Shown piece by piece: positions 60,200 through 64,000 of a stretch of 64,000 bases of DNA; the first letter of the stretch is position 1; every line of letters starts with the position of its first letter. The notes beneath the pieces were generated by a model. The model searched no databases and was not told where the DNA came from. It was given only the letters and a program-made list of their open reading frames with translations. The translations under genes were made by a program, and so were the position numbers. This DNA comes from Bacteroidota bacterium (GTDB taxonomy: Bacteria > Bacteroidota > Ignavibacteria > UBA10030 > UBA8401): assembly GCA_035298825.1 (NCBI GenBank), contig DATGXR010000208.1, positions 22,473 to 86,472 on the forward strand, written 5' to 3'.

Positions 60200-60595
60200 A
60201 TGGCACGAATATTCCTCGGTTATCATTCCTCGCTCGTTGGAACCCGGCTCTGTGAAATGATTGCTGAGCTTGACGGGGTCGATCTGACGGGCGTCGTGTT
60301 CGAGAGCGACAAGCTCGAACATTCCCTCGATTCGGCATCGCCGGACATCGCGATTCTCGATATCCGGCTGCTCATCGCGTCGCGCATCGGCGGTATGAAT
60401 CGTTTAAAGACGCGATATCCCGCTACTCAATTCATCCTGCTGTACGATCATCCGTATAATCAGTACTCGCGCGAATGTAAACGGCTTGGAGCGGAGTATT
60501 GTCTTGACACGCTTCATCAGTTTGCGGATATCGGCACATTGATTGCCGATTACAATCGCGGGTACCGACGCGCGGGCCGCATCCTCCCGTCATAG
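60200..60595 (+). CDS. stand-alone receiver-like domain protein with degenerate acidic pocket
   Basis: MARIFLGYHSSLVGTRL...DIAILDIRLL...FILLYDHP... has the REC fold pattern and a conserved phospho-acceptor Asp (ILDIRL), but the N-terminal DD pair is replaced by YH. Confidence 0.55.
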   Translation: MARIFLGYHSSLVGTRLCEMIAELDGVDLTGVVFESDKLEHSLDSASPDIAILDIRLLIASRIGGMNRLKTRYPATQFILLYDHPYNQYSRECKRLGAEYCLDTLHQFADIGTLIADYNRGYRRAGRILPS

Positions 60596-60611
60596 CATCG
60601 GAGAAATGTAA

Positions 60612-60659
60612 GTGAAGTCAGACCGCTGTGGGGGAGACGGTCTGGCTTCACTTTTTTTT
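60612..60659 (+). terminator. strong rho-independent terminator
   Basis: GTGAAGTCAGACCG-ctgtgggggaga-CGGTCTGGCTTCAC gives a 14-bp stem with one G-U pair, followed by T8. It also lies directly downstream of the minus-strand lipoprotein gene, so it may act partly in both directions. Confidence 0.8.
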
Positions 60660-60670
60660 ATGTGCGGGCT

Positions 60671-61498
60671 TCAGAATTTTCCGGAAGCCATTTGCACTTT
60701 CATGAACAAGTCGATCGCATTCGGACGTTGCATCGTGCCGCGCGGCGAACCGCCGGCCCTGTGCCCCCCCGCTCGTTCCTGGCGTTCTCCGTTCTGCGAT
60801 CCGAAGCCTTCGCTTCCGTCAGACATTCCTTCCTCGGGCTTCGTCTTTCCCGTTGCTTTCCGGAGATCGACGTCGACAGTTTCGAATCGCACGCCCAGGA
60901 CGTTCGAAGCCGGAATGCGCAGCATGCGTCCGTCAGCGATGTCGGCATCGAGCGGGATCTTCAATTCAACCACGAACACTCCCGGTGTGAATCCGATGCG
61001 CGCTTCGAGTCCGTTCTTGCCGGGGAGCAGCACTTCCGTGCGATCGTTCTCGCCGGGGCCGACGAGTGCAAGTTTCGAGGTCTCTCCCGTCATCCGTTTC
61101 ATCCACTCGTCGTGTCCGTGCGGCTGGTCCGACTCAGGCTCGGGCGGTGCAGATTCCGCCATACCGAGCGGGTAGCGGATGCCGAACGTTTTTTTCTTGC
61201 CGCCAGTCGTATCGAACCAGACGGTGAATCCTTTCATCATCAGCGAACGATACACATTTTCATCCGAGCTCATCACGCACAATGACAAAAACCGGCTGTC
61301 GTTTGCGATACCGATCGTAAGTTTGGCATCGCGGTAATACAACAGATGACCCTGCCAGTCATCAGCGCTGCCGTCGATGCGAAGGTGCTCGGGCAGACGC
61401 GTCGATTGGGTTTCATAGGCCGTGCTGCATCCCGCCGCAACGATCGCCAATGCGGCTGTGGCAAGGAATGCAAATGTGTTCAGTCGGATCTTCATCAT
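60671..61498 (-). CDS. hypothetical lipoprotein (signal peptide + lipobox AAGC)
   Basis: MMKIRLNTFAFLATAALAIVAAGCSTAY..., with an AAAGGA Shine-Dalgarno ahead of the ATG at 61498. The ORF track extends to 61762. Confidence 0.55.
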   Translation of the reverse strand: MMKIRLNTFAFLATAALAIVAAGCSTAYETQSTRLPEHLRIDGSADDWQGHLLYYRDAKLTIGIANDSRFLSLCVMSSDENVYRSLMMKGFTVWFDTTGGKKKTFGIRYPLGMAESAPPEPESDQPHGHDEWMKRMTGETSKLALVGPGENDRTEVLLPGKNGLEARIGFTPGVFVVELKIPLDADIADGRMLRIPASNVLGVRFETVDVDLRKATGKTKPEEGMSDGSEGFGSQNGERQERAGGHRAGGSPRGTMQRPNAIDLFMKVQMASGKF

Positions 61499-61748
61499 TG
61501 TCCTTTTCATGGTCTGAAAATATTCGGTGGAGATGTCGCGCAGAAGCGGCGACTGTCTTAGTGACGTATAATAATAAAATTTGTTCGACGATGCATCAGC
61601 AGGCCGACTGAAAAATTTTGTAGCAACTTTTATACCGTGGAGGAGTTGTACGGCGTGAAGAAAGAGGAGTTCCTCACAAAGGTGAAGCAGCGAATGATAT
61701 CGCGACCATGCGACCGAGCCGAACCGTGATGTCGGTGACTGAGGAATA

Positions 61749-61783
61749 AAAAAAGGCGGCACTCGTCAAGTGCCGCCTTTTAA
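61749..61783 (-). terminator. terminator hairpin immediately 3' of tRNA-Leu
   Basis: AAAAAAGGCGGCACT-cgtca-AGTGCCGCCTTTTAA. Read on the minus strand, the hairpin is followed by a U-run. Confidence 0.6.
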
Positions 61784-61804
61784 TGTTTGTGACCCGCAAG
61801 TCTG

Positions 61805-61890
61805 TGGTGCCCGAAGGGAGACTTGAACTCCCATGCGCTCACGCGCGCCGCCTCCTGAAGACGGTGTGTCTGCCATTTCACCATTCGGGC
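61805..61890 (-). tRNA. tRNA-Leu (anticodon CAG), class II with long variable arm
   Basis: The reverse complement GCCCGAATGGTGAAATGGCAGACACACCGTCTTCAGGAGGCGGCGCGCGTGAGCGCATGGGAGTTCAAGTCTCCCTTCGGGCACCA folds as a cloverleaf: 7-bp acceptor stem GCCCGAA/UUCGGGC, D-arm GUG...CAC, anticodon stem CCGUC/GGCGG with loop UUCAGGA (anticodon CAG), long variable arm, T-arm GGGAG-UUCAAGU-CUCCC and an encoded CCA. Confidence 0.85.
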
Positions 61891-62060
61891 ATATGCAGAT
61901 ATTCTACAGCGAAATCAAAATACGAAATCTTCGGGCACAAATCAAGGCGGATGAAAAAATTATTTTCCCATGAGACGGTTCACTCGAGTTCGGGGGCGGA
62001 TGCGAAAATTATTTTCCCCTACGGCGATGCATTCGGGCACAAGAACGGATCGGCATACGT
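61885..62060. repeat. degenerate tandem repeats (about 43-59 nt period) upstream of tRNA-Leu, each starting with a TTCGGGCA-like copy of the tRNA 5' end
   Basis: TTCGGGCA(C/T) occurs at about 61885, 61930 and 62032, with TTCGGGGG at about 61989. The 24-nt direct repeat GGCGGATG(A/C)GAAAA(A)TTATTTTCCC occurs at about 61946-61969 and 62005-62027. On the minus strand the first unit reads TTGATT-N17-TATTTT about 27 nt before the tRNA 5' end, which is promoter-like. Confidence 0.4.
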
Positions 62061-62192
62061 CTACACTTCGCAGGGAGCGCCGGAATGGGAGCGAAATTTG
62101 TGCGCGTGAATATCATTCCTTGTTTTTCAAGCGGCGTTTAGCTATTTTTATAGTATTACCTCAAGTATAACCTTATAAGGAGACGATCTCGA

Positions 62193-62801
62193 ATGAAATC
62201 AAAAGGACTTATCATCGCACTCGCCATTGTCGGCGGTATCATACTGCTTGGCATCATGACGATTTCGTGGGGCGTCAGCACATACAACACGCTTGTCGGC
62301 ATGGATGAATCTGTCAACGGCGCGTGGTCGCAGGTGCAAAACCAGTATCAACGCCGGTTCGACCTCATCCCAAATCTTGTGGAAACGGTGAAGGGATATG
62401 CGACACATGAAAAGGAAACGCTCGAGAACGTGACGAATGCGCGTGCGAAGGTGGGCCAGATGGTGATCTCTCCGGAAGTGTTGAAGAATCCGCAGGCGTT
62501 TCAAATGTTCGAGAAGGCGCAGGGAGAATTGACCTCGGCATTGACCCGGCTGATGGCGGTTTCCGAAAATTATCCGAATCTGAAGGCGAACGAAAATTTC
62601 CTTCAGCTTCAGGCGCAGCTTGAAGGCACCGAGAATCGGATTTCCGTGGAACGCAAGCGCTTCAATGAGGTGGTGCAGGCATATAACACGAAGATCAAGA
62701 CTGTCCCGACTTCTCTCGTCGCGGGATTCGGAGGCTTCACGGCGAAGCAGTATTTCCAGGCGGCAGCGGGGGCCGAATCGGCGCCAAAGGTGAAATTCTA
62801 A
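62193..62801 (+). CDS. lemA: LemA family protein
   Basis: N-terminal TM followed by ...NTLVGMDESVNGAWSQVQNQYQRRFDLIPNLVETVKGYATHEKETLENVTNAR.... Strong Shine-Dalgarno TAAGGAG. Confidence 0.85.
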   Translation: MKSKGLIIALAIVGGIILLGIMTISWGVSTYNTLVGMDESVNGAWSQVQNQYQRRFDLIPNLVETVKGYATHEKETLENVTNARAKVGQMVISPEVLKNPQAFQMFEKAQGELTSALTRLMAVSENYPNLKANENFLQLQAQLEGTENRISVERKRFNEVVQAYNTKIKTVPTSLVAGFGGFTAKQYFQAAAGAESAPKVKF

Positions 62802-62802
62802 C

Positions 62803-63582
62803 ATGATACGCGTACGCAGAATTCGTTCGCTGTGCGTCGTCGCCGTTGCACTTGCGATGCTCGCCGTGACTGGAGCGGCACAGACCGTCTCCATTCCCAA
62901 ACTGACATCTCCCGTCTACGATGCCACATCGACGCTTGATGCAGCGGAAACATCGGCATTGGTGCGCGAAATTCGGCGTTTCGAAGACAGCACATCGAAT
63001 CAAATCGCTGTCATCTTGTTGCCGACAATCGGCGATGCGGAGATACGCGAATTCGGCATCGACGTCCTGAAGCAGAATGCAATCGGGCAGAAAGGCCGCG
63101 ACAACGGTGTGCTGATTCTTGTCGCAAAGGACGACAGAAAAGTGTCGATCGAGGTTGGCTACGGGTTGGAAGGAGTGCTTCCCGATGCGATCTGCGACGA
63201 CATTATTCGAAATGAGGTCCGTCCGCGCTTCAAGGCTGGCGATTACTTCGGCGGCATTGCAGCGGCAGTCCAGTCGATCGAACAGGTGACACGCGGAGAG
63301 TACACGGGCACGGGAAAAAAATCGAAGAACGGAAAAAAATCCATTCCGTTTCTGCTCGTGATTTTCGTGATCGTCGCGATCGTCATGTCGCTTTTTCGGC
63401 GGGGATCGCAGACTTCGATCACGGGCAGGGGCTATCGTTCGTCGGGATGGTGGGGCGGCGGATTCGGCGGCGGCGGGTTTGGAGGAGGTTTCGGCGGAGG
63501 AGGATTTGGAGGCGGCGGAGGGGGAGGCTGGTCCGCAGGAGGCGGGTCCTTCGGCGGAGGCGGCGCAAGCGGAAGCTGGTAG
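62803..63582 (+). CDS. TPM-domain protein (YgcG-like) with TM helix and C-terminal Gly-rich tail
   Basis: Signal/TM segment, TPM domain (...VYDATSTLDAAETSALVREIRRFEDSTSNQIAVILLPTIGDAEIREFGIDVLKQNAIGQKGRDNGVLILVAKDDRKVSIEVGYGLEG...), a TM helix and a GGGFGGGGFGGGFGGGGFGGGGGGGWSAGGGSFGGGG tail. The pairing with lemA is a classic arrangement. Confidence 0.85.
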   Translation: MIRVRRIRSLCVVAVALAMLAVTGAAQTVSIPKLTSPVYDATSTLDAAETSALVREIRRFEDSTSNQIAVILLPTIGDAEIREFGIDVLKQNAIGQKGRDNGVLILVAKDDRKVSIEVGYGLEGVLPDAICDDIIRNEVRPRFKAGDYFGGIAAAVQSIEQVTRGEYTGTGKKSKNGKKSIPFLLVIFVIVAIVMSLFRRGSQTSITGRGYRSSGWWGGGFGGGGFGGGFGGGGFGGGGGGGWSAGGGSFGGGGASGSW

Positions 63583-63669
63583 ACACGAACACGCAGGACG
63601 AAGCTCTGAACCGCCAGATCCGAAAATGTTTCGGCACTCAACACAGGATCACGCGGATAACCAATAAGG

Positions 63670-64000
63670 ATGAAAGTGAAGATGGCAGACTCGATCAAAG
63701 TGCTGGTAGTGGATGACGATCCGCAATTTACGAGATTCATCGAGATGTTGCTGATTCAAAGCGGCAAAGGCAGATTCACCGTTGTCATGTGCGGCGATGC
63801 ATCCGCGGCGCTTGCCACGCTGAAAAAAGATGCCACGTTCGACATCATTCTTCTCGACTATTATCTGCCCGGCATGAACGGAGACGCGCTCATCAAGACG
63901 CTCATCGAGAACGGCGTGTTCGTTCCGGTGATCTTCGTCACGGTCATCAAGGAATTTCGTCTGGCGGTCGAAGCGATGAAACTCGGCGTGTACAATTATC
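63670..64000 (+). CDS. response regulator receiver domain protein; partial, 3' end beyond the window
   Basis: Hand-translated: MKVKMADSIKVLVVDDDPQFTRFIEMLLIQSGKGRFTVVMCGDASAALATLKKDATFDIILLDYYLPGMNGDALIKTL..., a canonical REC domain with an AAGGA Shine-Dalgarno. Confidence 0.7.
   Translation, partial: MKVKMADSIKVLVVDDDPQFTRFIEMLLIQSGKGRFTVVMCGDASAALATLKKDATFDIILLDYYLPGMNGDALIKTLIENGVFVPVIFVTVIKEFRLAVEAMKLGVYNY

Noticed and set aside
61783-62109. 108-aa plus-strand ORF overlapping tRNA-Leu
   Set aside because: Overlaps a well-folded tRNA and the tandem-repeat region. No Shine-Dalgarno and no domain.
63432-63740. 102-aa poly-Pro ORF (PPPPKDPPPADQPPPPPPPNPPPP...)
   Set aside because: Exact antisense image of the Gly-rich (GGC/GGA) tail of the TPM protein, not an independent gene.

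Overview
This 64 kb window is high-GC (roughly 60%), gene-dense bacterial chromosome with almost no non-coding space. It contains no rRNA, CRISPR array, transposase or integrase, and has one tRNA, tRNA-Leu(CAG). A protein with a textbook T9SS (Por-secretion) C-terminal sorting domain suggests an FCB-group-like Gram-negative host, but that attribution is an inference.

Housekeeping genes include ligA, rodZ-like, aroE, dut, rsmI, metH, gpmA, queG, trxB and ruvB. Accessory modules include a complete kdpFABC-kdpDE potassium-uptake operon, a TetR-regulated TolC/HlyD/ABC-2 efflux system, an hpnCDE-like squalene-synthesis cluster, three tandem Hsp20 genes and several two-component proteins.

The most interesting region is a long co-directional minus-strand block from about 11087 down to position 1 that looks like a Pel-like exopolysaccharide locus. 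It carries two tandem PelF-like DUF3492/GT4 glycosyltransferases, a PelA-hydrolase-like GH114 lipoprotein, two large uncharacterised polytopic membrane proteins and a sodium:solute symporter. The canonical c-di-GMP receptor PelD appears to be replaced by a partner-switching triad: a STAS antagonist, an RsbW-like kinase inside the operon, and a GAF-PP2C phosphatase at the operon end, cut by the window edge.

The kdpF and phosphatase genes were found by hand translation because the ORF track omits edge-truncated and sub-60-aa ORFs and uses TTG/GTG as alternative starts. Coordinates for small motifs come from manual counting and may be off by a few nucleotides.
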